Origin: a virus
IMG/VR virus record: IMGVR_UViG_3300021963_000021
Location: 299,944 to 363,943 of that record
Strand: one strand, 5' to 3'
Length of the DNA stretch: 64,000 bases
The position numbers and the translations under genes are program-made. The notes below the pieces were generated by a model that saw only the letters and a program-made list of their open reading frames with translations, was not told the origin of the DNA and made no database searches. Of this stretch, positions 18,750 through 28,257 are shown piece by piece. Each line of letters opens with the position of its first letter. Positions within the stretch are counted from its first letter, which is position 1.

Positions 18750-19730
18750 TTACCTTCCTAAACGAGGACGATCTTGAGCGATTTGTTGTTGGTTTCTTTG
18801 TTGTACGCTGTCTTGTTCTGGCCAGCTGTAAATGTAGTTGCCAAACTCATCACGCACTAACAACCAACGGATGCCGCCTGCGCTGTATTGCCTTATATCT
18901 GCTTGATAGCCCGGAATCGTTGTGTCAAAATCAATATTGCCGTCACCTAGATCATCGCCGTGATTGCGTACCCAGTTAGCCACTGCGTTTACTTCTTGTG
19001 TAGAGTTAGGCCCTTGTCCATTTAGATTACCAATCATCCAAATATCATTTGTTTCGGTGCGAGTAAAAGCACGGAATAAGTGTCTGCCTAGTGTACGGAT
19101 AGCACGATTCATATTCCCTGGCAAGTTTGCTACCTGATGGAAGTCGGGATTTTGTACACCAGCTCTGGTAAGATTAGCACCTGCTACTGCTGGTAGGTTT
19201 TCAGTGTCTACACGTACAGCAGGCACGTCTGCGTCTTCTGGTTCTGGGTATCCGGGATCATCTGGATCATTTTCTATGTCACGCATACGTCCTAGTAGAT
19301 CACGCATACGATCATTAGGGGCTATGTTGCCCGCAGCACGTTGAGTGTCACGCTGACTAGCACGTTGTTGTTGTGGAGCAGCTGGTTCTCCACGAGGTTC
19401 ATCTCTAGGTTCCGGTTCTGGAGTAGGTGCTGCTGGAAGATTAGCATCACTGGGTTGGCCAAAATAGTTGTCAAACGCTGACCAATCAGTTTTATCTTTA
19501 GTTTTGGTTTTCTTTTTATCTTCGTCTGCTTCGCGAACGTTTCGTGAACCAGTCTTGACGTCTTTGCCCTGCTCCTTGCGGAATTTGGCTACAAGACCGT
19601 TCTTACCATAATTGATCTCATAATCATCGTCACTGGGGTCCATGTTGGTCTTGACACCACTTGGACTTATATGTGTCTCTGTTTCTCTTAGATAATCTTT
19701 AAATGTTTTCATTCTGCGTTTTTCCCACAC
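18750..19730 (-). CDS. hypothetical protein
   Basis: 326 aa with a basic/Pro-rich middle segment. Confidence 0.3.
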   Translation of the reverse strand: MWEKRRMKTFKDYLRETETHISPSGVKTNMDPSDDDYEINYGKNGLVAKFRKEQGKDVKTGSRNVREADEDKKKTKTKDKTDWSAFDNYFGQPSDANLPAAPTPEPEPRDEPRGEPAAPQQQRASQRDTQRAAGNIAPNDRMRDLLGRMRDIENDPDDPGYPEPEDADVPAVRVDTENLPAVAGANLTRAGVQNPDFHQVANLPGNMNRAIRTLGRHLFRAFTRTETNDIWMIGNLNGQGPNSTQEVNAVANWVRNHGDDLGDGNIDFDTTIPGYQADIRQYSAGGIRWLLVRDEFGNYIYSWPEQDSVQQRNQQQIAQDRPRLGR

Positions 19731-20524
19731 TTGGCACGTTTAGCGTTAGTCAGTGCGCCAAAGTCCACGGGCCATTCCTGTCCTGGCTGTAATTCTTTTG
19801 CGTTAGCAGGAAACTTGTAGTATACTCCTGCCTGTTTCTGTATATCTGCGATAGGCATGCGGAACTTAGTTAGATCGTTGCCTAGGTTAACATATGGTTT
19901 GGTATGTGGAAACGCCCAACCTGCTACAGCACCTGTTTGTTGATCAATGACAATTTTATAGTAGCCATGTGGAACGATAACTCCGTTGCCGATTACACCA
20001 TCACCAGCTCCATACAATGCCCCCACGTAGATAGTAAACGGACGATTCTGCTGAACTACCCACCCACGTATCGAGGTTTCTAGTAGTTTCCATATGCCAC
20101 GATTTAATGACCCGTGTTGTGGGTACATATTTGTCATTAGGAAACTCTCATACTCCACAATCTGTGACCAACTTAGGTCACCATCGGGAGCGGCATGTCC
20201 TTTGTCGTAGCCTGTGCCTGCGTAGTCATTAGGAGTAGCACCTCCAGGAACTGACTGATCCGCAACGAATGCGTTCGTACGGGGAAAGCATCCTAAAGCA
20301 TTTTGTGGAAGTAATGTGTAAGCTACGTAAGCAGGAATCTTTACAGGAGCATCATATGCTACTAGATATGCTTCACGGCAAATTAAACCAGCCTGACGAG
20401 CAGTTTGAGCTAATCCGTATGGACTATGAACTTGGCAGGATTGTACTGGTAGTGGAGCCCGTTGTTCCCAAGCATAGACTTGCGTCGAACAGACTAGTGC
20501 CAATAATAGTAGCAGTTTTCTCAT
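19709..20524 (-). CDS. secreted DNA/RNA non-specific endonuclease (Serratia NucA-like family)
   Basis: 271 aa. N-terminal signal peptide MRKLLLLLALVCSTQVYAW. GYDKGHAAPDGD matches the DRGH catalytic motif of the Endonuclease_NS family. Confidence 0.6.
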   Translation of the reverse strand: MRKLLLLLALVCSTQVYAWEQRAPLPVQSCQVHSPYGLAQTARQAGLICREAYLVAYDAPVKIPAYVAYTLLPQNALGCFPRTNAFVADQSVPGGATPNDYAGTGYDKGHAAPDGDLSWSQIVEYESFLMTNMYPQHGSLNRGIWKLLETSIRGWVVQQNRPFTIYVGALYGAGDGVIGNGVIVPHGYYKIVIDQQTGAVAGWAFPHTKPYVNLGNDLTKFRMPIADIQKQAGVYYKFPANAKELQPGQEWPVDFGALTNAKRAKCGKNAE

Positions 20525-20555
20525 GTGAAAAGCCTTTGATATAATAATGTAATAT

Positions 20556-21179
20556 TTAGTTGGCTTTTTCTAAATGTTCTGCTTTATCCCATCCTAGTAT
20601 ATGCTTGGCTTTCCAGTGGTTTTGTTCAAATCCTTTAAGATCCTGCCAGCTATCTCTGCGATTCCATATATCTTTGGCCACAGTCAACCAATCAGTGTGA
20701 CGAACAATGTAGTCAAAATTTAGCATATAATTTTTAAAATACTCGTAGCTGCGACTGTCAAACTCTACGTGTATAACTTCGTAGACTGTGCCATCGCTGG
20801 CAATAGCATTTAGATCGAAATCAAATCCCCATTTGGTTTTTATGTCTAACAGCTGACGTGCTAGGGGATGTGTTTCTTGTAGATCAGTGAGCTGATCTCG
20901 GGCTTGTCCGCCGTATTCACAACGGCAAAGAAACATGCTGTGGTCTAAGAAAAGTCCTAGATCGTTGCGTTCTAATTCAAACCAGGGTTCTTGCCAACAG
21001 CAGTGATTTAGTATGGGATGATCAATAGGATGATTCATGGCAGCATAGTACTTGCGTTCTATACCGTTGAGTTCAAATCCGTCCTTGTCGAAGTATTTGA
21101 AATCAGCTGCGTCAATATCTGTGATCGCTTTAAAACATCGAGGGTCGGACATAAGTGTTACATTATGTCTGCGGAACAT
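20556..21179 (-). CDS. hypothetical protein
   Basis: 207-aa ORF. Confidence 0.3.
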   Translation of the reverse strand: MFRRHNVTLMSDPRCFKAITDIDAADFKYFDKDGFELNGIERKYYAAMNHPIDHPILNHCCWQEPWFELERNDLGLFLDHSMFLCRCEYGGQARDQLTDLQETHPLARQLLDIKTKWGFDFDLNAIASDGTVYEVIHVEFDSRSYEYFKNYMLNFDYIVRHTDWLTVAKDIWNRRDSWQDLKGFEQNHWKAKHILGWDKAEHLEKAN

Positions 21180-21348
21180 TAGCGGTATTTCTCTGCTTGT
21201 TCTCTACAATCAAAACACTGGCATTCTACGCAATCGCAGTCGTCTGTCATACAGCTATGCCCGCAGTGTTTGCCGCACCTACAGGTACAGCCTAGATTCT
21301 TATAAGGTTTATATGAATCGTTGTTATCATTCTGTTCTATCTTTGTCA
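21179..21348 (-). CDS. small cysteine-rich protein (~56 aa, 12 Cys)
   Basis: MTKIEQNDNNDSYKPYKNLGCTCRCGKHCGHSCMTDDCDCVECQCFDCREQAEKYR. Not in the ORF track (<60 aa). Its stop overlaps the downstream ATG (TAATG). Confidence 0.3.
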
Positions 21349-21749
21349 TCTATTGCTCCACCATGTACCCATGCTGTACAGCTACGTGTGCCAGCACATT
21401 TAAAATGTAAAAAATTACAGTATCCTAGATCTGATTTTTCAATAGTGGCCATAGCATCTACGTTTTTGTATTCGCCTTTGATACCTGCTTCGATACAGGC
21501 CCACATCTTGTCACTGACATCGAAAGCAGCGCAGTTGCTACACAGCATGGTCTTTGCTGTCTTTTCGTCTATCTTCCATTCTTTAGCGGCGTCTTTCCAA
21601 TAGCTGCCTGGCTCATCAGGATTGGCAGGTCCATAATGATATTCGTCTATAGCCTTTTGTCTATTCTTTAAGTTAACATCTATGTCGTGTGTGGCGATAG
21701 GACAGCCTTTGTTGGCTGCTTCTACTATGTTGATATACTTGCGATACAT
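21327..21749 (-). CDS. hypothetical Cys-containing protein
   Basis: 140-aa ORF. Confidence 0.3.
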   Translation of the reverse strand: MYRKYINIVEAANKGCPIATHDIDVNLKNRQKAIDEYHYGPANPDEPGSYWKDAAKEWKIDEKTAKTMLCSNCAAFDVSDKMWACIEAGIKGEYKNVDAMATIEKSDLGYCNFLHFKCAGTRSCTAWVHGGAIDDKDRTE

Positions 21750-23371
21750 TAATCCTCACTCCATGTCAACCCTGCGATACAAGGACTGATTGAGTTTGTG
21801 CTCTTTACAGCGATGCTCAACCAACTGCCGGGTGGTATAGTAATACGGTAAGCACTTAGATCAATGTTAATAGTTCCGTTGATACCACAGAAACCTGTGT
21901 AGATAGGTGTGTCTATAGAGTTGTTAAATGTACCCGTAACTGTGCTACGAATTTCATTACAGCGTGTGATGGCGTAGTACTCGTGCTGACCTGAAAAACT
22001 ACTAGGTTCAAAGTAAAGATACACTTCCACAGGGTCTGTGCTCTGTACTGATAAACTTAAACTTTTAACAATGGCTTCTTTGGCATTTAGAATATAGTTG
22101 CCGTTGTTAGCACCAGCATATCCGTTTGTGACCACAGAGTTTTTAATAGTCAACATATGATGTATGTTGTCTTTGTTCAAGCCTGTTTTGCTTGTTGAAT
22201 ATGAACGTGTAAGTTCGTTTAGGTGAATAGTACCTTCAACTGCGGCATAGATACTGGCACCATATACCGTTATATCTGTAGTGTTGGTTGTATTGACAGC
22301 ATTGTAGGTAATCTTAAAACTGGGATTGGCAGTATGCGGTGTTGTATGTTGATTTACATAGTGCTCGCGATGTACATAGACCAGTGTACCACTAGCTTGA
22401 TCTTCTATGGCAAAACTGACGACACCTGCTCCTAGCCAACGCATAGCAATCTGATAGACGTTTAGCTTGGTATGATCCAACAACATACCGCTAGGGTTAG
22501 CGTCAATTGTTCCACTACCATCTAGTTTATCTATGTTCCAATCTTCTTGATAGGTCCAGTTGTCTGTTTGTGCTACACCTGCCTGTACTACAGTAAATGT
22601 AGCAGTAGCATTGCCTGTGCTGGTAAAACTAAAAGTACCCGTCATTGGGCCTAATCTAGGTGCTAGCCATAACATAGCGCCGTCTGTTTGTTGTACTAAC
22701 CAACCACCATAGCCGCCCACACGATCCACAATGTCCGAGACTGTTTGTGCGGCTGTGCCTGCGGTCAGTGCTACTGTATAGGCAACACCGTTTAAGGTGA
22801 TAGTAGCAGTCTGTCCAGCGTTTGGTGCTGTTCCTATTACCAAGGTTAGGATAGTGGCCTTGCCACCTGATGAACGAACAATACCAAAGCGGTTGCCGTT
22901 CCAACCAAAGCCTACTTTGTTTTCTTGATTGGCCAATCCAGCAAACTGTGTACTACCTGCCACTCCTGTAGTAAAGCCTGCGGTCATACGACATACAATA
23001 CCTTGTCCTGGGCGATAACGAACGAAACGTTTACTACGCAGTAAACCATAGCCTCCTGCGTCAGTGCCGCTACGTACTCTAAACATACCGTCAACTGACC
23101 CAGCACTAGATCCTGTACCGTTAGTGTATGTTTGTATGACGTCTGATGTAGCACCATAGATACCGTCTAACTGTATAACTGCTGTGGGACTGATTGCCAG
23201 TGGTTCGCCAAATGCTGATACCTGCCCAGCAACACTTGGACCAGATAACTTAGCAGCCACACGTATCTGTGGTTTGCCTGCGAAATCATACTCCATAGCA
23301 TTGTGTAAATCAGCTAGGTTAGGTTCCCAGGGATGTTCGTAGTTAGTGCTGTTTGGTAATAAGATTGGCAT
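21749..23371 (-). CDS. hypothetical structural protein (possible fibre-associated/adhesin)
   Basis: 540 aa, beta-rich Thr/Gly/Ala-rich. Lies directly downstream of the tail-fibre gene. Confidence 0.35.
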   Translation of the reverse strand: MPILLPNSTNYEHPWEPNLADLHNAMEYDFAGKPQIRVAAKLSGPSVAGQVSAFGEPLAISPTAVIQLDGIYGATSDVIQTYTNGTGSSAGSVDGMFRVRSGTDAGGYGLLRSKRFVRYRPGQGIVCRMTAGFTTGVAGSTQFAGLANQENKVGFGWNGNRFGIVRSSGGKATILTLVIGTAPNAGQTATITLNGVAYTVALTAGTAAQTVSDIVDRVGGYGGWLVQQTDGAMLWLAPRLGPMTGTFSFTSTGNATATFTVVQAGVAQTDNWTYQEDWNIDKLDGSGTIDANPSGMLLDHTKLNVYQIAMRWLGAGVVSFAIEDQASGTLVYVHREHYVNQHTTPHTANPSFKITYNAVNTTNTTDITVYGASIYAAVEGTIHLNELTRSYSTSKTGLNKDNIHHMLTIKNSVVTNGYAGANNGNYILNAKEAIVKSLSLSVQSTDPVEVYLYFEPSSFSGQHEYYAITRCNEIRSTVTGTFNNSIDTPIYTGFCGINGTINIDLSAYRITIPPGSWLSIAVKSTNSISPCIAGLTWSED

Positions 23372-23374
23372 CTG

Positions 23375-23611
23375 TTACGCCCATGGTCGACCAACAAGTA
23401 GTCCACCAACGTTAGGATTGTCTACTACGTTGTTAGTGTCATTGTCACCTGTTTTGTAACGTGTTGGTAGCTGAGTAGCATCAGCAGATGTATCAGCATA
23501 ACGACCGGGCTCTACGACATTCTGTGCGGCCCTGTCATTGCCAGCTAAAGTCAGCTTGGCATCTTGTCTTTGTCTTTTGTAGGTTAGTGTTGAAATGCCG
23601 TTGTCTGCCAT
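23375..23611 (-). CDS. hypothetical protein
   Basis: 78-aa ORF. Confidence 0.3.
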   Translation of the reverse strand: MADNGISTLTYKRQRQDAKLTLAGNDRAAQNVVEPGRYADTSADATQLPTRYKTGDNDTNNVVDNPNVGGLLVGRPWA

Positions 23612-23614
23612 TTC

Positions 23615-23908
23615 TTACTCCTCTGGATATATCGGGAAGCTGTTTCCTCGCAGATCTCTAGGATGTTTTGGACCGTTAACTCCGCCGCCGGCGTCTGTGG
23701 TTACCGCATCAATTGGCAAGACTTTTGGATCAGGTGCTGTGGAATACGGTTTAGTAGACACTAGATCCACTATGTGTTTGAATCTGTTAACATCGCCGTC
23801 GGGCGCAGTTATAGTCACGTCTGCGTTGATACCTTTATCGGCAGGCTCGCTGGCTTCGATGCTGTCGATCAAGTCTAGTAGGTCACGTATTATTTCGGTT
23901 GCTCTCAT
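23615..23908 (-). CDS. hypothetical protein
   Basis: 97-aa ORF. Confidence 0.3.
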   Translation of the reverse strand: MRATEIIRDLLDLIDSIEASEPADKGINADVTITAPDGDVNRFKHIVDLVSTKPYSTAPDPKVLPIDAVTTDAGGGVNGPKHPRDLRGNSFPIYPEE

Positions 23909-23927
23909 AGTGATATTTACCGTTCAA

Positions 23928-26900
23928 TTAATCCCAAGCACCGCCACTTTGTTGCCAAGCACCGTCTGTAAAGATTATTGTACAGAACGCAAGGCTGTCA
24001 ACGAAACTTGCGTTGGCGCTGTTGAATATCCTAAATGGAAATAATAGCCCATCGGTTCCTGTATAACTGCCAATTCTAAAATTAGCCACACCAACAAACA
24101 CAGCATTGGGTGTTATTCCATTTTGCGGAACGAGATACATGATCTGTCCTTCAACGCCATCTGCTAGTGTATAATTACCATCTGTGAGTTTGTTGATAGA
24201 TTTAGTTAGATCTATGGCTGTGTATGCTTGTGTGACTGTAACTACACTGATGTTAGCATTATGAGATCCACTGCCGCCCATATCTGCTGAGTTCAATGTT
24301 CCAATGGTATCACCTACTACGCTGTTTCCGCTAGTACTGATTACTGTGTAAGCAGGCACACCTGATGTAACTATCACAGTAAACGACACTGGACCTAGAG
24401 TAAATGGACCATAGTTTCCATCTATCAGATCGGTCCAACCTCCAGAATCTTGTAATGTAGCGGCTGGTCCAGTATCGTTGCCTGTGCCAGTCTTAGATAC
24501 TGTGCTTTTGACTACAGCACCTGGTAATGTTGTAGTACCGCTTGGTTCAAAACTCCAAGTTTTGTTGTTGGCAACAATTTGAACTTGACCTGCTGAAATT
24601 GCTCCACCGCCAGAACGGATACGAACATCACCGCCAGTGTAGGCGCTACTATATCCGCCGTCAATATGTACGTGGCCGCCTTCGTTGTAACCATTACCGC
24701 CTGCGATGTTTACATAACCACCGTATCCTGATGATACTCCATCAGCATCGCCCGCATAGATCTTAATGTCTCCACCATTGCTATCAGCATCACCTGCCCA
24801 TAGATAAACATCACCACCTTCACCTGCGCCATTGCCGCGTTGTCCTTGGATGATTAAACGTTGTGCGTTTTGATCAGTACCAGGAGTTGGTCCAGTGATA
24901 ATTACTTGTTGACTTGCGTCACCGAACTGTAAGACTTGACCAGATTGACTGCCGCCATTGTGTAAGTTCACTGTCAGAGTTGGGAATGTTACAGAACCGT
25001 TTTGACCAAATACCCAATCATATGACGTAGTAGTATCAGAGTTGTATGTGCGTATTTTAATATACCCCTGATGATTGATATCTACAAATTGAGTATCATC
25101 ACCCAGGATCAAGTCGCCTGTGCTGTCAGTACCTTTACCTGCGGCAATGTGTATGTGCGGAGCATCCTGAGCCAGCGTTGGGTAAATGTCGATATACTGT
25201 CCGTAGTTTCTAAAACTTTGACTAATACTATTGGTATCAACGTGTGGTATTATGCTGATGCGACCATAGGAGAAGTTTTCTTCAGCGGCGCCGTTTCCTC
25301 TAATTTCGTTACCACTGAAACTGATAGTTCCAGTGGCCTCACCTGGTCTGTACAAGGTAGGTATTAGGAATTCAGAGTTGTCAACATCTGCGCCAAGAGC
25401 AGTGATACTAATAGCACCACTGATGTCACTGTCTGTTTTACCAGCATCATCTATAGTAAGATCGCTGGCTGAACTGTTTAACAGTCCTGAGAATGATGCT
25501 GGTGTATAGTCCCAGTCGCCTACAGTAAATGTAGTACCTTCGGTGTTAAACTGTGCTATCAAGGCATGTACCTGTTGTCCAGGATCACCAACTCCGCCGC
25601 CGATGGCCACGTAGCCATTCTTGACCGCGATGTTGCTGCCGCTGCCAGTGTTAGTATAGAAGCCACCGGCAAATGTCCAACTAGTAGTATTGTCTAATAG
25701 ACGTTGCCATGCTACCTGTCCATTTTCTAGATACTTGGCTACAACACAACTAAAGTCAGAGGTATCACCGTTGCCAGCGATGCCTGCTAGGTATAGATAA
25801 TCATCTGGTCCTATCGCTACACTGGTCGCCCAAGTATCACAGTTACCTACTACACGACGACTCCACTGTGCTGTACCCGAAGAATCAAACTTGACTAGAC
25901 TCATTGCGGTGTTAGTGCCGCCTTGACCGTTATCCTTTTGATATTGTCCAACTACATAGATATTACCTGCGCTGTCTATGTCAGCATCTGCTCCGTTACA
26001 GTTATATCCTGTGTCAAACAATACTGCCTTTTGCCAAGCGATAGCGCCGTTGGTGTCATACTTGACTACCAGCATACGGTCTTCTGTGTCACCAGATTCG
26101 CCTAGTTGATCCATGTAACCAATGACTACGACTTCACCGCTGGGTCCAACAGCCATACCATAGGCTTCTTCGTCGGACTGTCCATCTAAGACCCTAGCCC
26201 ATAGTATTGTTCCGTCTTCAAATAACAGTTTAATAACAGTTACTTGATCATCTGTGCCATTATAAGCATAACCAACTATAACCGCGTCTCCGTTACTGCT
26301 TATGTCAATGACACCGTTGGTGCTTGAGTATCCAAAGTCATAGACACTACTCCAATTGATAGTACCGTCAATCAGGCTTAATTGTGTTACGGTCGTTCTA
26401 TCATAGTCTCCTGATATCTTACCAGTGACATAGATCACACCGTTAGAAGAATCTACTGCTACACCCCAGCCATCTGTTGATCCAGCACCTTGATATCTGA
26501 CCTGCCATAACTTTGTGCCTGTGCTGGTAAACTTGGCCACAGAAGTATAGTTGTTGCCGCCCTGTGGATTGTAATGTACAAACAGGGCAATGATATTACC
26601 GTCACTGTCATATTCTATGCTGTTGGCGCTGCCTGGAACATCGTTATTTGTATCATTTGACTCAAATGTTGCTATCCAAACATTTTGATCTGAGGCAGTA
26701 CCGCCTGTTGGATCAGCGTAGGTCATTTCACCTGTTGTGGTATTGTAGTACACAGCCTTAGCGGTATTTTCTACGTCTTCACGAACTGGTTTAACAAACA
26801 AACCAGCACCAGTTGGATCTAAATTCTCACCTGTTGCGTTCAGTGTGATGCTGTTGTCTTCAGCAAAAGTGTATGCGGCTCTTGCGCCAATAGCGATAGC

Positions 26901-27686
26901 GTTCTCACCTTGAGGTGCTTCTGTTTCATTCCAACCTGCTTTAGCACCAATGTACACACCACCTGCTTTACTGTTGTAACCAACATCGTCGTTACCGATA
27001 GCAATAACACCCGCACGATGTGGGTCATGGATACCCTGTCCTAGACTAATGCCAGGCCCTAAATCTGTTGGACCAACATTAACACCTTGATATATTCTTA
27101 GCGTGATATCTTCATTGATGTTTAACTCATAGCGAGTGTCGCCTTCTGCTTCTGGGGTAAAATCAGTGTTGGCTTGTAATCCGTCAATACCATTAACTGA
27201 GAGTCCCACTAAGCCAGGTTCTATTTCTGTAACTGTACCGTTGATTAAAATTTCTGTGACATTTTCTACGCTAGGACCTTGACCGTTACCTACTGATATA
27301 GATCCGCCACCGATTTGACTAGTAGCATTTGAATCTTCTGGGTCTTCTGCTTCATTTTCTTCGCCTGGATTGATAACTTTGGTAGCAACAAACTTGCCGT
27401 TAACGTTGGTAAGTTTAATATTGTCAAGATAGATACTGCCGCCTGCGGTGTAAACGTGACGCCACTGTTTTGTTGGAGATCCTAAATCGTAAGTATTATC
27501 TGCGTCTGGAACAATGTTTGTCTTGGGATCGTAAATGCTGGGTAACAATGACCATATAGTTGAACCGTCACCAATTTTTAATATACCGTTAGTGGTATCG
27601 TAACCTGGTTCACCTTGCGCTAGTACTGGATCTTCTGACGCCCAGTTAGCTGCTGTGTCTCTTCTTAATTTAATCTGCGTTGCCAT
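23928..27686 (-). CDS. large tail fibre protein
   Basis: 1252 aa. N-terminus TQIKLRRDTAANWASEDPVLAQGEPGYDTTNGILKIGDG...YDLGSPTKQWRHVY is the phage tail-fibre N-terminal motif. The middle carries six or more repeats of ...DGTIxW..V.. type (beta-propeller-like). C-terminal Gly-rich repeats (GGDVYLWAGDADSNGGDIKIYAGDADG...). Confidence 0.7.
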   Translation of the reverse strand: MATQIKLRRDTAANWASEDPVLAQGEPGYDTTNGILKIGDGSTIWSLLPSIYDPKTNIVPDADNTYDLGSPTKQWRHVYTAGGSIYLDNIKLTNVNGKFVATKVINPGEENEAEDPEDSNATSQIGGGSISVGNGQGPSVENVTEILINGTVTEIEPGLVGLSVNGIDGLQANTDFTPEAEGDTRYELNINEDITLRIYQGVNVGPTDLGPGISLGQGIHDPHRAGVIAIGNDDVGYNSKAGGVYIGAKAGWNETEAPQGENAIAIGARAAYTFAEDNSITLNATGENLDPTGAGLFVKPVREDVENTAKAVYYNTTTGEMTYADPTGGTASDQNVWIATFESNDTNNDVPGSANSIEYDSDGNIIALFVHYNPQGGNNYTSVAKFTSTGTKLWQVRYQGAGSTDGWGVAVDSSNGVIYVTGKISGDYDRTTVTQLSLIDGTINWSSVYDFGYSSTNGVIDISSNGDAVIVGYAYNGTDDQVTVIKLLFEDGTILWARVLDGQSDEEAYGMAVGPSGEVVVIGYMDQLGESGDTEDRMLVVKYDTNGAIAWQKAVLFDTGYNCNGADADIDSAGNIYVVGQYQKDNGQGGTNTAMSLVKFDSSGTAQWSRRVVGNCDTWATSVAIGPDDYLYLAGIAGNGDTSDFSCVVAKYLENGQVAWQRLLDNTTSWTFAGGFYTNTGSGSNIAVKNGYVAIGGGVGDPGQQVHALIAQFNTEGTTFTVGDWDYTPASFSGLLNSSASDLTIDDAGKTDSDISGAISITALGADVDNSEFLIPTLYRPGEATGTISFSGNEIRGNGAAEENFSYGRISIIPHVDTNSISQSFRNYGQYIDIYPTLAQDAPHIHIAAGKGTDSTGDLILGDDTQFVDINHQGYIKIRTYNSDTTTSYDWVFGQNGSVTFPTLTVNLHNGGSQSGQVLQFGDASQQVIITGPTPGTDQNAQRLIIQGQRGNGAGEGGDVYLWAGDADSNGGDIKIYAGDADGVSSGYGGYVNIAGGNGYNEGGHVHIDGGYSSAYTGGDVRIRSGGGAISAGQVQIVANNKTWSFEPSGTTTLPGAVVKSTVSKTGTGNDTGPAATLQDSGGWTDLIDGNYGPFTLGPVSFTVIVTSGVPAYTVISTSGNSVVGDTIGTLNSADMGGSGSHNANISVVTVTQAYTAIDLTKSINKLTDGNYTLADGVEGQIMYLVPQNGITPNAVFVGVANFRIGSYTGTDGLLFPFRIFNSANASFVDSLAFCTIIFTDGAWQQSGGAWD

Positions 27687-27697
27687 TTTTATATTCC

Positions 27698-27988
27698 TTA
27701 ATATACCGTTGCTGCGTTACCGCCGTCGATAATTGCCATTAACTCGCCATCAACTACAAGGTTTGATTTAAGTCTTATTGATTGTTCTACAATAATTGAA
27801 CTGCTGTCAGTGGTGCTAATAGTACTGCCATTAAATTCAAATGCTCCTAGATTCAAGGCAGTGCCGTCATTAATTCCTAAAGCTACGTACAGTTCGGTAA
27901 AATTGTCATTGATCTTACTAAACGCTAGGCGTAAAGGATCACCTTTACCGCTGTTTGGTGTCGATACATTTATTATTTGTTTTGCCAT
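27698..27988 (-). CDS. hypothetical virion protein
   Basis: 96 aa. The N-terminus (IINVSTPNSGKGDPLRLAFSKINDNFTELY) resembles the fibre/baseplate N-terminal motif. Confidence 0.3.
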   Translation of the reverse strand: MAKQIINVSTPNSGKGDPLRLAFSKINDNFTELYVALGINDGTALNLGAFEFNGSTISTTDSSSIIVEQSIRLKSNLVVDGELMAIIDGGNAATVY

Positions 27989-28212
27989 TATATTCCACCT
28001 AACCTTCTAATTGTGTCAAGCTCGTCCTCTTGCCCCTGTCGTTTCATAAACTCTACGATCGTATCGTAGTCTTTCATTGTGGCCACTCGATTTTGGCTTA
28101 ATTTTGTAACGATTTCTGTGACGTCATGTAGATCCATGTCGTTCTTAATGTCCTCTCTGGCCAATTCCATCAAACGCAGGAATAGGGGAACATCAACTTT
28201 GATTATATCCAT
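27988..28212 (-). CDS. hypothetical protein
   Basis: 74-aa acidic ORF. Confidence 0.3.
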   Translation of the reverse strand: MDIIKVDVPLFLRLMELAREDIKNDMDLHDVTEIVTKLSQNRVATMKDYDTIVEFMKRQGQEDELDTIRRLGGI

Positions 28213-28257
28213 AGCGGCAGCACCTTAAATAGCTTATTAGATATTTATCGGACAAAC

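Noticed and set aside
24512-27028. Several 60-100-aa ORFs inside or antisense to the 1252-aa tail fibre gene
   Set aside because: They are embedded in a continuous, repeat-rich coding sequence and have no start signals. They are spurious.
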